The notes beneath the pieces are model-generated. The model saw only the letters and a program-made list of their open reading frames with translations. It was not told the origin of the DNA and searched no databases. From Escherichia phage vB_EcoM_011D4, in the sequence record MT478991.1: a stretch of DNA of 64,000 nt. One strand, given 5' to 3'. Of this stretch, positions 18,081 to 27,133 are shown in pieces. Every line of letters starts with the position of its first letter. Within the stretch, counting starts at the first letter, position 1. The position numbers and the translations under genes were made by a program.

Positions 18081-18275
18081 TTATACATTTTCAATCACCC
18101 ATTGCAGATGGGCTTCTGCGTCAACCAGTTCAGCGCGGCTTTTCTCTAAGCACTTGCTGTATTCTTTACGTTCCCAATCAGCAATTTCGTTTTTCAAGAC
18201 TTCTTCATAGTAAGCAATTACGCCTTTCAGATCGGAAACTCTACGGCTTGCCAGTTCGATGTAATGGTTACGCAT
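18081..18275 (-). CDS. Hypothetical protein (64 aa)
   Basis: ORF carrying the conserved leader AAGGAGAATCAAA-ATG. Confidence 0.4.
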   Translation of the reverse strand: MRNHYIELASRRVSDLKGVIAYYEEVLKNEIADWERKEYSKCLEKSRAELVDAEAHLQWVIENV

Positions 18276-18471
18276 TTTGATTCTCCTTTGTTACTAGATA
18301 ACGAATTTGGTCTTGCATTGCGATCAGTTCCCAGCGTGCTACTTTCATCATGGAAACTGACTCTTTGAACATAATATTAGCTTTTTCCTTCTCCCCTGTC
18401 AAGTAGATTTCTGCAATTTTTTCACAAAATTTTTGAGTTTCTTCATTCTTAAACGGTTTCATATAAGTCAA
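18268..18471 (-). CDS. Hypothetical protein (67 aa)
   Basis: ORF downstream of the early promoter at 18493. Confidence 0.4.
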   Translation of the reverse strand: MTYMKPFKNEETQKFCEKIAEIYLTGEKEKANIMFKESVSMMKVARWELIAMQDQIRYLVTKENQNA

Positions 18472-18492
18472 CCTTTTGTTTTCGATGGGGAC

Positions 18493-18521
18493 ATTATGAT
18501 ATATCCCCTATCTGGTGTCAA
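18493..18521 (-). promoter_or_regulatory. Sigma70-like early promoter (TTGACA-N17-CATAAT)
   Basis: - strand TTGACAccagataggggatatatCATAATgtcccc. Confidence 0.5.
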
Positions 18522-18529
18522 CAACTTTT

Positions 18530-18829
18530 TTAATCTTTTTTCAGTGCGTCCATTACTCGCTCTGCGATCAGTTCTCGTAAGCACTGATAACCATGATATT
18601 TGATGGCAATGTCACGCAGATCATTAACCAGTTCTCGCACTTCATGGTCTTTCAGATCGTCTCTGTATTTCGATTTAACCGTGTCTTTAGGTGGATTGCG
18701 GATAACCTGAAAACCTTGTTCTGCAATCACTGCGGCTTCTCGCTGGCGTTCATGTTGTACGGTGTTTTTGATCAGGTCCGCTTCCATGAACTTTGCCATG
18801 CTCATCATCATGTTATTCTTTTTGCTCAT
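18530..18829 (-). CDS. Hypothetical protein (99 aa)
   Basis: Track start lies upstream of the promoter at 18864; ATG at 18829 (MSKKNNMMMS...). Confidence 0.4.
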   Translation of the reverse strand: MSKKNNMMMSMAKFMEADLIKNTVQHERQREAAVIAEQGFQVIRNPPKDTVKSKYRDDLKDHEVRELVNDLRDIAIKYHGYQCLRELIAERVMDALKKD

Positions 18830-18863
18830 TATTAAATCCTCATAAAAGAAAAGGGAGACTCCC

Positions 18864-18891
18864 ATTATAGAGAATCTCCCTTTTATGTCAA
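18864..18891 (-). promoter_or_regulatory. Sigma70-like early promoter (TTGACA-N16-TATAAT) with flanking 9-bp inverted repeat
   Basis: - strand TTGACAtaaaagggagattctcTATAATggg directly after the gp39 stop; AAAGGGAGA...TCTCCCTTT inverted repeat. Confidence 0.55.
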
Positions 18892-18894
18892 GTG

Positions 18895-20718
18895 TTATGA
18901 TTGCATCCAAATTTTGCGCTGATCTGCATCTTCACTATAGAGCAAATCGAATAGCTCTTTATAGTTTTCCGGCAACGTGATGATTTCCATTACAGGATCG
19001 TTGATCACGCGATGATAATCTGATTCTGTAAGCGATGCTAACCCTTTGATATATCGAATGCTATAACCTTTGATATTATCTCGGTCGTTCTCAAAATCTT
19101 CTAGGTCATAATACCATCGAACATCATTACCTTTCTTTTGTTCCGCAATGATAATAGGTGTTTTGATAAACCGGATTCGTCCATCTTCGAACAATTCAGG
19201 CCAACGAGCAAAGAAAGAAATCAGACTAGGTTTAATAGACCCGATCCCGTCAGTATCAGCGTCTGTCATAATCGCAATATTTTTGTATTGCATAACTTCC
19301 AGCGCATCAACACCAAATTGCAAACCAGTGATCGCCATGATGTTAAAAATTTCGGCGTTCTTAACGATCTTTGCCTCTGGTTGTTCCCACGTTGTAAGAG
19401 TTTTACCTCGCAACGGGAAACCGCCATGTAAATCTTGATCACGTACAGAGATCAGATAGTTGATCGCGGAATCACCTTCCGTCAAAAACAGGGTAGTTTC
19501 TGCGTCAGTTCCAATAAGGTTAGCTTTAACGTGTTTTGCTACCTTAGCCCGTTTTGCTGCCTTTGCTGCCTTAGTCGCTGCCGCTTTATCTGCTGCCTCT
19601 TTGCGTGCCAGGACTACAGCAATAATAGGCATGATAATGTTTTCTTTCTTCGCAATGACTTTAGCCAGCTTTTTAAAATCAAGATCAATATGACGCTTGA
19701 TATCACCAGTTGGATTAGTCAATCGTTCTTTTGTCTGTGAATCAAAACGGAGGTTTGGCAATTCACGAACAATAAGAATACAGGTCAATCCAGACTTAAC
19801 CGCAGCTTTAGTAACATCAACCTTATATTCTTTCTTGATTCGTTTTACAATCTCTTCACAAAGATCATCTGTCACGTAGTCTACGTGTGTTCCCCCGTTT
19901 TTGGTAAACAGACCATTAGCAAATGATACTGATTTAAAACCTTCACCTTCAACCGCAGGAACTAGGGCAAGTGAAAAGTTTTTATCTTCAATGACAAACG
20001 GATCATCATTGTATAGTTTAGCATAATCCTTGAACTTACTAACAATACGTTTACCATTAAACTTAAACGTGATCTTAGGAAATATTACGCTCAATGATTG
20101 CAGACGATCATGAACAATATCTAAAACAGAGTTGTCCATCATATAACCTTCGAAGTGGTCGAAGTCTGGGCAAAATGTAACCTTTGTTCCCTTCAATTTT
20201 GATGGTTTCGATGACCATGTGATATTTTCAGCACCGTTTGTACATTGAACGGTCATTTCTGTTTCGCCGTCACAGGTCACACCAGTAAACCAATCGCTAA
20301 AGAAATTTGACAACGACGACCCCACACCGTTCATCCCTTGCGTTAGTCGATTTGTATCATCAAAGTTAGACCCTGCTTTTGTTCGTGTCCATGCGGCTAC
20401 AGGTTGCGGAATCTGCGTGCCCTCTGGGGTAGTAACCATATGTTGAGGAATACCGCGACCATTGTCTGTTACCGTAACAATATTGTTTTGGATATCGACG
20501 CTAATCACATTGGCAAATTCAAAGTTAGTGCGGATCGCCTCGTCTACAGAGTTGTCGATGATCTCATCAATGATTTTAACCAGTCCTGGAACATATGAAA
20601 TTTTTGTCCATTTACCGAACAGGAAACGTTGATGTTCTTCGTAAGTTGTTGATCCTATATACATTCCTGCACGCTTAAGGACATGTTCACGATCAGATAA
20701 AATGCGAAACTCACTCAT
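18895..20718 (-). CDS. 39: DNA topoisomerase II large subunit (gp39, GyrB-like), unsplit
   Basis: 607 aa; GyrB/ATPase motifs (RAGMYIGS, DNGRGIP, VDYV...); single continuous ORF with no gene-60 split. Confidence 0.9.
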   Translation of the reverse strand: MSEFRILSDREHVLKRAGMYIGSTTYEEHQRFLFGKWTKISYVPGLVKIIDEIIDNSVDEAIRTNFEFANVISVDIQNNIVTVTDNGRGIPQHMVTTPEGTQIPQPVAAWTRTKAGSNFDDTNRLTQGMNGVGSSLSNFFSDWFTGVTCDGETEMTVQCTNGAENITWSSKPSKLKGTKVTFCPDFDHFEGYMMDNSVLDIVHDRLQSLSVIFPKITFKFNGKRIVSKFKDYAKLYNDDPFVIEDKNFSLALVPAVEGEGFKSVSFANGLFTKNGGTHVDYVTDDLCEEIVKRIKKEYKVDVTKAAVKSGLTCILIVRELPNLRFDSQTKERLTNPTGDIKRHIDLDFKKLAKVIAKKENIIMPIIAVVLARKEAADKAAATKAAKAAKRAKVAKHVKANLIGTDAETTLFLTEGDSAINYLISVRDQDLHGGFPLRGKTLTTWEQPEAKIVKNAEIFNIMAITGLQFGVDALEVMQYKNIAIMTDADTDGIGSIKPSLISFFARWPELFEDGRIRFIKTPIIIAEQKKGNDVRWYYDLEDFENDRDNIKGYSIRYIKGLASLTESDYHRVINDPVMEIITLPENYKELFDLLYSEDADQRKIWMQS

Positions 20719-20780
20719 TATTAAACCTCTTCATAACATAACCATAACTTACTGCAACCGCCACAAAGACGGCTGCAACA

Positions 20781-20808
20781 ATCATATTAAAAATTGAGTG
20801 ATTGTCAA
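20781..20808 (-). promoter_or_regulatory. Sigma70-like early promoter for gp39 (TTGACA-N16-TATGAT)
   Basis: - strand TTGACAatcactcaatttttaaTATGAT, about 60 nt upstream of the gp39 ATG. Confidence 0.5.
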
Positions 20809-20817
20809 GTATATGAC

Positions 20818-20991
20818 TCATGATACGCGCACATTTTTATCATAGTACCCGCCATTAATCCCGCGCGGGGCAGTCAATCCCTGTTTGCATTCTTTACCAC
20901 ATTCAGGGCATTCTGCCTTTTCACGCTCGGAAATTTTGCGGATTTTCTGAAATTGACCGTGTTCTTCACAAGAATAATCGTATAATGGCAT
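20818..20991 (-). CDS. Small zinc-ribbon protein (57 aa)
   Basis: MPLYDYSCEEHG...CPECGKEC: two CxxC pairs; AAGGGGA RBS; the track start upstream is probably an over-extension. Confidence 0.4.
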   Translation of the reverse strand: MPLYDYSCEEHGQFQKIRKISEREKAECPECGKECKQGLTAPRGINGGYYDKNVRVS

Positions 20992-20992
20992 A

Positions 20993-21661
20993 TTATCCCC
21001 TTTGTTTCTTAACTGAATTTGGATCTGGATTTTCTGGTAGGTCTTCCAGACCCATAGCATAACGTTGTGCATAGATTAGCATAAGAATATCGCGAGCGCA
21101 ATCATGAATTGCATCATGTGCGATAAAACCATCTAGCGTACCCATTGGTAACGGACACTCACACATCCCGCGATGCATCAATGTACGCTCAATGGCGGTG
21201 CGAACATCTCGGATATTCCAGAATCGCACAGGTTCAAGGCTGAACGTCTCTCGTGTATTGTGTGCACGGCGGATCATATCAACTAGCAACGGAATATCAA
21301 ACGCATTACCGCGTGACCACATTACTGATTTAACCGGATCTACTCCTACGGCTTCACAGAATGCGTTAAAACGAGCTAAACCTTCTTTAGTTGATACTTC
21401 CGTACCATTTGTGATTAATTGCTTTCTCATGCCTTCTGAGGCGGTATTCTTCCACCATTCAACCACACCATGATCAAACACCCTTACACCTTTCTGGGAA
21501 GGAATATCAAATTTTACCAGAAAGGAATTGTCAACCAGTTCTTTAAATGTAGGTGGATTGTGCGGATCTTCTTTAAATCCGATTGCCGCCATATTGATCA
21601 CCGCCCCATCAGGCGGATAACCTAAACTTTCAAAGTCAATCATTAAATCCACTGGAAGCAT
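20993..21661 (-). CDS. dexA: Exonuclease A (dexA-like 3'-5' exonuclease)
   Basis: Blocks IDFESLG, KSVMWSRGNAFDIPLL, LEPVRFWNIRDVRT, PLPMGTLDGFIAHDAIHDCARDILM, YAMGLED match DexA as recalled; start at ATG 21661 with GCGGAGGA RBS. Confidence 0.75.
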   Translation of the reverse strand: MLPVDLMIDFESLGYPPDGAVINMAAIGFKEDPHNPPTFKELVDNSFLVKFDIPSQKGVRVFDHGVVEWWKNTASEGMRKQLITNGTEVSTKEGLARFNAFCEAVGVDPVKSVMWSRGNAFDIPLLVDMIRRAHNTRETFSLEPVRFWNIRDVRTAIERTLMHRGMCECPLPMGTLDGFIAHDAIHDCARDILMLIYAQRYAMGLEDLPENPDPNSVKKQRG

Positions 21662-21662
21662 T

Positions 21663-21905
21663 TTAAATATCCTCCGCGATGTGCCGGAATAACTCCAGAT
21701 CATTTTTATCAAGAATGAAACCGCTACAATCAATAATTCCTTTACCGTAATTATCGGTTAACAGTCGGTCCGTTGCCATGTATTCGCGTACTTTGTTGTT
21801 AAAATTCATTACATGTTGTGCATAGTCACAATGAATCTTTTGACGGTTCCACGCGACAATTGATTGTAGATGTATTACATTAGCCATATCATTAATAACA
21901 ACCAT
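21663..21905 (-). CDS. Hypothetical protein (80 aa)
   Basis: ORF whose 5' end lies inside a 60-bp direct repeat. Confidence 0.4.
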   Translation of the reverse strand: MVVINDMANVIHLQSIVAWNRQKIHCDYAQHVMNFNNKVREYMATDRLLTDNYGKGIIDCSGFILDKNDLELFRHIAEDI

Positions 21906-21919
21906 ATCAAAAACCTCGC

Positions 21920-22084
21920 TTAGTGGAATGTTCTGGCATTTTTATTGATACATTCAGCTTGGTAGTCACGAGATTTTTTTGACGAATTAAGAGCTACAGC
22001 CAAAAAATCCTGTAACTGCTCGTTTGTCATTTTTGGCTTACGACGCGTATCTAAACTCTTCGTTCTTCTAACTTCATTAGCCAT
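21920..22084 (-). CDS. Small ORF (54 aa) flanked by 60-bp direct repeats
   Basis: MANEVRR...AECINKNARTFH; start 1 nt after the upstream stop; below ORF-track threshold. Confidence 0.3.
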   Translation of the reverse strand: MANEVRRTKSLDTRRKPKMTNEQLQDFLAVALNSSKKSRDYQAECINKNARTFH

Positions 22085-22085
22085 A

Positions 22086-22253
22086 TCAAAAACCTCGCTT
22101 AGTGAAATGCTCGATCATTTTATTGATACATGCAGCTTCACTATCGCCGGACACGTTCCAGCCGTATAGACCCCATCTAAAGCACATGGTAACAGTTCCA
22201 TTGTGACGGCTTACCGTCACATCATTAAATTCTGGGATACTTCGCATAATCAT
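22086..22253 (-). CDS. Small ORF (55 aa)
   Basis: MIMRSIPEF...AACINKMIEHFTKRGF; GAGGA RBS after the dda stop; C-terminus parallels 21920..22084. Confidence 0.3.
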   Translation of the reverse strand: MIMRSIPEFNDVTVSRHNGTVTMCFRWGLYGWNVSGDSEAACINKMIEHFTKRGF

Positions 22254-22263
22254 AATAATTTCC

Positions 22264-23655
22264 TCAAATATAGTCTACTCGATACCGCGCACGGGTAACA
22301 CCCACATATAATAACTGCATTGCCAATTCAAAGTCAACATTGTCTGTACACATACAAGGAGTATACAGGAACACGCGGTCTACGCTGATCCCTTGTGACT
22401 TATGAATGGTGCAAGCTGGTAATGCTTTTACATTCAAGAACATACGTTTCATCGTCCAGAAGGAATCCCAATCTGGTTTAAATTTTGGATTCTCTTTCTT
22501 CATTTCGCGATATTGTCCGGCGACCGTATTCAGATAGATAGAGAAAATGTTCTTCTGACGTTGTTCTGTCAGAATGTTGATTTCTACTAAATCCGGTTTA
22601 TCTGTAGTGATTCCGACTGCATCTAAACCGACTTTCTGATTTAGGATTTCTTTGTCTTCGTCATCATCGACGCTTTCCACTTTCAGAGTATAGCCTAAAA
22701 CTGGTTGCGGATCTACCCCCGTGCAACGTAATGTAAATTCACGCGGTATAACCTCTTTAACCCGGATCATCTCACCATTGTTAAAAATAACATTGGGAAT
22801 TTTCTTCCCGCGTTCATCTCGCAGATATTCGATCAACGGTTCCTGAGTAACCAGAATTTCATCTACAATCACTGGTTCATCGGTGTTATAAACGCGCTTG
22901 CGCACAATTTCATTGAGTTTTTCGACGCTCTTGTTAGTGTAAGCCAGAATACGGTTTTCTAGAAGGTCTTCCGGCGTTTTAACGGTTTCGAAATAATGCT
23001 TCATAAACTCCGGCAGAGTTGAGCTATGGAATACACCCTCGTTACCGCACTGCTTTTCGAATACCCATTTACCGTTACGGACAGCGGTCGCCACATCAAT
23101 GATCGGTGCATTAGATCGTTTAATTTCTGTCAACTCCACGTTTTGAAAATTTTCATCCGTGAAGAAAGGAGAAATTGACGTTGCACCGCTCGGATCAACT
23201 GGTCGTAACTGGTGCGGATCGCCAACTGCAATAACAACAATTCGACCGTTGATACTCTTCATGAGAATATCAAATAGTTTCTTATCGACCATACTCGCTT
23301 CATCAACAATGATGATCTGAACATCATCTAGCTTAGGAGTATCTTTTTGCTCAAATACTTGAGTATCTTCATAGTTGGTCGGGTTTAGTCGCAGTAGTGC
23401 ATGTAAAGTAAATGCTTGACGACCTACCGCTTTACTCAAAACTTTTTTAGCCTGGTGGGTAGGCGTTGCCAAAACCACACCAGTTACACCACGGCGGACC
23501 ATTTCCTGAACAATGAATTTCATCATTGCGGTTTTACCAGTACCCGCCGCACCACGGACAGTTGTATGCTTCTTTTGTTCAATGCGTTTCATTAGAACAT
23601 CAAAAGCATGTTTTTGCCCGTCTGTTAACATATCGAAAGTTAATACTCTGCTCAT
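22264..23655 (-). CDS. dda: Dda DNA helicase (SF1)
   Basis: N-terminus FDMLTDGQKHAFDVLMKRI...GAAGTGKT; blocks VLATPTHQAKK, SNAPIIDVATAVRNGKW, AYTNKSV, LLYVGVTRARY match Dda as recalled. Confidence 0.9.
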   Translation of the reverse strand: MSRVLTFDMLTDGQKHAFDVLMKRIEQKKHTTVRGAAGTGKTAMMKFIVQEMVRRGVTGVVLATPTHQAKKVLSKAVGRQAFTLHALLRLNPTNYEDTQVFEQKDTPKLDDVQIIIVDEASMVDKKLFDILMKSINGRIVVIAVGDPHQLRPVDPSGATSISPFFTDENFQNVELTEIKRSNAPIIDVATAVRNGKWVFEKQCGNEGVFHSSTLPEFMKHYFETVKTPEDLLENRILAYTNKSVEKLNEIVRKRVYNTDEPVIVDEILVTQEPLIEYLRDERGKKIPNVIFNNGEMIRVKEVIPREFTLRCTGVDPQPVLGYTLKVESVDDDEDKEILNQKVGLDAVGITTDKPDLVEINILTEQRQKNIFSIYLNTVAGQYREMKKENPKFKPDWDSFWTMKRMFLNVKALPACTIHKSQGISVDRVFLYTPCMCTDNVDFELAMQLLYVGVTRARYRVDYI

Positions 23656-23969
23656 TATCCTAAAATCCTCACCTTGCGAACACAGATAGTATTGAGTTCT
23701 CGCCGTACCCGTTCTTTTTCATATTCAGGAATTTTATATTCGATACCATCCCGAACAATTTCAGAAGACCGGATTATGCCAAATTTTCGTTTAGGTACAA
23801 CCTTGTATTTCGGTTCACCCGCCAATAGACTCTCACAATAATCTATCTGATCACACATTGACGCTAACGCAGCATCATGTGTTTCGCAAGTTAGGACGCG
23901 ACCCTTCGCGTCCACTGAGTATTGAAAGAATCCGTCTTTATCACGATAACATACAGCAAATACATGCAT
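23655..23969 (-). CDS. Hypothetical protein (104 aa)
   Basis: ORF whose stop overlaps the dda start. Confidence 0.4.
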   Translation of the reverse strand: MHVFAVCYRDKDGFFQYSVDAKGRVLTCETHDAALASMCDQIDYCESLLAGEPKYKVVPKRKFGIIRSSEIVRDGIEYKIPEYEKERVRRELNTICVRKVRILG

Positions 23970-24724
23970 TATAAACCTACCTTCGCTTTCATCAATTCAA
24001 TCCACGACGCATCAATCGGAAGCCCGTATTTCACGCGTTCTTTTTGTGCTGGCGTTAAGTTCTCATACTTAGAAAGAGATTCAATCAAAACGCTGGTATA
24101 TTTTAGCACGATTTCGGTATTGTTTGCAATAGCCTTAAGTTTTTCCTCTTTCTTGTTGATTTCGCTAAGGGCTTGCTTGAGATCTGCAATTTTCTGATAA
24201 CGTTCTTCCATACGGAAGAGAGTATTTTTAATCGCTCGCTCGGCTGCCTCTGCTTTCTCCGGTTCGTTGTGCTTTTTATGGCGCTCGATTGCTAATTTCT
24301 TTTCTTCGATTGCCATTTCCTGATTTTTGATGCGATTCTCGTTAAGTTCGATCCACTCGATGTACTTCGCACGTAGGGCAATTTCATCATCAGAAAGTTT
24401 ACCGTTAGTTCCTAGTTCCTGGATCTCTTTAAGAGATTCGATAGTGTGATTGCCACGGAAAGAATTGTATTTCAGTTTAACCGGAATTACATTGCCATCA
24501 ACATATCCCAGATTGCAATCAATGCGCTCTAAGGAGAGTCCGTCATCACCTTCACCGAAAGCCTCACCTGAATATGCGCAATGAGTCTGACGGTAAATGT
24601 TACGCACAGTGACTAAGCTCATAGAGAAGTCTTTGTTGCGACGTGAAGCGCCAGCCATGATAGAGTTCAGACGGAAAACAACCAGCGCCAATTCTTCGTT
24701 AGATTTAAAAGCAAACAGTTTCAT
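23969..24724 (-). CDS. Hypothetical protein (251 aa); N-terminal degenerate HNH-like motif and C-terminal coiled coil; in the T4 dda.1/srd position
   Basis: N-terminal CAYSGEAF...LSLERID...GYVDGNV...NSFRGN loosely resembles an HNH motif with catalytic residues replaced; C-terminal half is a K/E-rich coiled coil. Confidence 0.4.
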   Translation of the reverse strand: MKLFAFKSNEELALVVFRLNSIMAGASRRNKDFSMSLVTVRNIYRQTHCAYSGEAFGEGDDGLSLERIDCNLGYVDGNVIPVKLKYNSFRGNHTIESLKEIQELGTNGKLSDDEIALRAKYIEWIELNENRIKNQEMAIEEKKLAIERHKKHNEPEKAEAAERAIKNTLFRMEERYQKIADLKQALSEINKKEEKLKAIANNTEIVLKYTSVLIESLSKYENLTPAQKERVKYGLPIDASWIELMKAKVGL

Positions 24725-24753
24725 AATTGATTCTCCTTAGTTGGTATGTGTGT

Positions 24754-24782
24754 ATTATTGTCTATCTGGTTTGTGCTGTCAA
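24754..24782 (-). promoter_or_regulatory. Sigma70-like early promoter (TTGACA-N17-AATAAT)
   Basis: - strand TTGACAgcacaaaccagatagacAATAATacacacat followed by the CTAAGGAGAATCAATT-ATG leader. Confidence 0.45.
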
Positions 24783-24785
24783 CAC

Positions 24786-25289
24786 TTAAATTAAAGAAAA
24801 TTTGTAAATCTCTATCAGATCGCCATTACACGCGTAAACTTCCTCGATCTCGTCAAGGATCATGGTCGTCCCTGTCTTGTATATGCACTCGCGCTCATCT
24901 GCCAACATAGCATACAAAGACAGTCGAGTAGTCGGATTGTCATACTCTTTAGACACCACTCGGTCAATAGCATGTTCGTAATAATTCATGCAAGGCTTGG
25001 TAGGTTTTATTGCAATAATCTTTCCTGTTGCATAAACATCGGTTGCAAAGTCCTCTGCTGTTGATTGCAGTGGCGTAAAGCTCATAGGACGCTCTACAAC
25101 GAAAGAATCACCCACAATTAAGGTATCCAGCTTACGGCCTTCTCTTTTGCTCACACCGCGATACAAGGCTTCATGATGCACTAACCGCTCAGTCTTTTCG
25201 ATCAATCCATTAAGGGTCGACATATCGATATTTTCTTTGGAGTTCATAACTTCATCAATGATGTTAAGTTCTTCTGGTGTAAATTGCAT
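24786..25289 (-). CDS. Putative ADP-ribosyltransferase (ModA/ModB-like)
   Basis: 167 aa with an ordered R...S-x-T...E-x-E pattern (LYRGV, SFT, ERE) as in R-S-E ADP-ribosyltransferases; sits in the T4 modA/modB position. Confidence 0.4.
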   Translation of the reverse strand: MQFTPEELNIIDEVMNSKENIDMSTLNGLIEKTERLVHHEALYRGVSKREGRKLDTLIVGDSFVVERPMSFTPLQSTAEDFATDVYATGKIIAIKPTKPCMNYYEHAIDRVVSKEYDNPTTRLSLYAMLADERECIYKTGTTMILDEIEEVYACNGDLIEIYKFSLI

Positions 25290-25322
25290 AATAAAAAAGC
25301 CTCCAATCTTTCGACGGGAGGC

Positions 25323-25351
25323 ATAATAAAACCATTATAGAGTAGTGTCAA
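25323..25351 (-). promoter_or_regulatory. Sigma70-like early promoter (TTGACA-N17-TATTAT)
   Basis: - strand TTGACActactctataatggtttTATTATgcctccc directly after the gp56 stop. Confidence 0.5.
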
Positions 25352-25358
25352 CTAATTT

Positions 25359-25883
25359 TTAGTAGCCGCGTTCTTGACGGGCGAAATTTTCAGCATTTTT
25401 CAGGTAGTACAGAATAAAGAGTTCTTGAGCGTCAATACCAAGCGGGATCATCTTTGACAGAATGAAGTGGACCGCGTCCACAAATTCAAATTTCACTTCA
25501 AGCTGATCTTCTGGTGACAGTTCAGAGAATTTACGCGCTCGCGCTTCCCCGTGGTTCTTTTTCCACATTTTCCAGATTGCACTTGCATCTTTACCATTGG
25601 ACATTCCACCCAGCGATGTGTAAAGCTCTCGTGTTTCGTCTGCGATAGCGTCATCCATCCGTTGCATCCAATCCAGCATTTCACCGCAAGTCTCTAGCTT
25701 AGTTGGATTTGGGACCCAATCAAATTTTTCGGATAGTGCAACCTGCAAACCAGTTTGCATTTCTAGCATCACCTGAAACGGATCTTTACCTTCTGCAATC
25801 GCGTGATGATATGCGGCAATAGCCGCGTTAATATCTTTTTCGTTAACCAGACCAGCACAAGAATTAAATTCTGACATATTCAC
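25359..25883 (-). CDS. 56: dCTPase/dNTP pyrophosphatase (gp56-like, MazG-type)
   Basis: 174 aa immediately next to primase gene 61, as for T4 gene 56; blocks SPEDQLEVKFEFVDAVHFIL and LYYLKNAENFARQERGY. Confidence 0.6.
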   Translation of the reverse strand: MNMSEFNSCAGLVNEKDINAAIAAYHHAIAEGKDPFQVMLEMQTGLQVALSEKFDWVPNPTKLETCGEMLDWMQRMDDAIADETRELYTSLGGMSNGKDASAIWKMWKKNHGEARARKFSELSPEDQLEVKFEFVDAVHFILSKMIPLGIDAQELFILYYLKNAENFARQERGY

Positions 25884-25891
25884 CTCATTAA

Positions 25892-26920
25892 TTAAAATTT
25901 ACAATATTTCATAAACCGCATTTTAGCCATCAGACCTTGTACGGTGTTCTCTTTGATATATTCCATGATCTGATCGCGGGTAGCACCCTCATCCTGAATC
26001 ATGGCGTTAACGTCTTTAGAATGCCACGGGCAACGATCCCATAATACAATCTTTTCCCCTGCATTGATAAACTTTTCCAGTCGGTGCATTGTATCGGCTG
26101 ACCGTGGTTCGGCGTCAAGTACAAACACTCGCTGATCAGGGAAAGGAATTTCATCTAATCCCAAAGTACCGCCAGTAATTGCACACCCGTTATCAATAAA
26201 CAGGGAATCTATCGGACCCTCTAAGAAGTACACTGGCTTGCTCGGATCAGCACGTTCAAGACCATAGACCTTACTCGCTAACTCATGAGTTTTAATCGTC
26301 ATATATTTGGTCTTTCCGTAATCCTTTCTCAATGCTCGCCCCTGAATGGATTCTATCTTGTTTTCGCGGTTAAAGATAGGAATCACTAAACGCGGTTCAG
26401 GTTGTGGATTCTTGAAGGTATCAGCTTTAATGTGATTTGCTACCTTTTGCCATTCTCTCGTGAAATACAGAAGATCCCATTTATCGTGGGGAATGCAACG
26501 ATCACTGACATACTTTATTATAGGATGATTAGCCGGAAGAGTATCTAATCTCTCGCAGAAAGGCAATGTTTGCACTTTCTTAATCTCCGGCTTTTCTACC
26601 TTTTTCAGTGGCTTGAACGTGGTGTTCTTGTGATCGCCTTGTTCCTTCCGTCGTTCCATAAGCCATTCCCTGAATAGGTCCGGCTTATATTGTTTAAGAA
26701 ATTCACCTAACGGCTGATTGTAGTTACAGTTGAAACAACCACAACGCAAACTATCCTTATAGGTATAGATACGGAATCGCGCTTGAGTATGATTTTTCTT
26801 TGAGTCACCGCAGATCGGACAACTACAGACCAGCGTAAATGAGCTAGTATGCAACCGTTTAAAATTTCGTTCGCCATATATGGCTTTTTCCGCTATTTCA
26901 TAATCTGCGTAGTAAATCAT
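25892..26920 (-). CDS. 61: DNA primase (gp61)
   Basis: 342 aa, same as T4 gp61; N-terminal zinc ribbon (CSCPICG...CGCFNCN); TOPRIM-like YFLEGPIDSLFIDNG; adjacent to gp41. Confidence 0.85.
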   Translation of the reverse strand: MIYYADYEIAEKAIYGERNFKRLHTSSFTLVCSCPICGDSKKNHTQARFRIYTYKDSLRCGCFNCNYNQPLGEFLKQYKPDLFREWLMERRKEQGDHKNTTFKPLKKVEKPEIKKVQTLPFCERLDTLPANHPIIKYVSDRCIPHDKWDLLYFTREWQKVANHIKADTFKNPQPEPRLVIPIFNRENKIESIQGRALRKDYGKTKYMTIKTHELASKVYGLERADPSKPVYFLEGPIDSLFIDNGCAITGGTLGLDEIPFPDQRVFVLDAEPRSADTMHRLEKFINAGEKIVLWDRCPWHSKDVNAMIQDEGATRDQIMEYIKENTVQGLMAKMRFMKYCKF

Positions 26921-26929
26921 ATTAACCTC

Positions 26930-27133
26930 TTATAGCTCAAATTTCATGAAAGTTCCTACACTTTCATTTTCATTCTCTCCGTTTTCATCTAAGCCAAATT
27001 TGTAGACACTACCATCTGGCGATGTGTAAGAGAATACACGAAAACGGCCTACCGGGTCAAGTTCTGTAAATTCATATTCTTTTCCGGCTTCAAAAAGTGC
27101 ATATGTGCTTTTAAGACATTTCATCGTAATCAT
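26930..27133 (-). CDS. Hypothetical protein (67 aa)
   Basis: ORF between the primase and helicase genes. Confidence 0.4.
   Translation of the reverse strand: MITMKCLKSTYALFEAGKEYEFTELDPVGRFRVFSYTSPDGSVYKFGLDENGENENESVGTFMKFEL

Noticed and set aside
18895-20718. Looked for the T4-style split of topoisomerase gene 39 by gene 60 and its translational bypass element.
   Set aside because: gp39 is a single continuous 607-aa ORF with no interruption; no gene 60-like insert is present.
20719-20785. 22-codon hydrophobic ORF overlapping the gp39 start, considered as a leader peptide.
   Set aside because: Its ATG lies within the -10 of the gp39 promoter, so it would not be in the transcript from that promoter.
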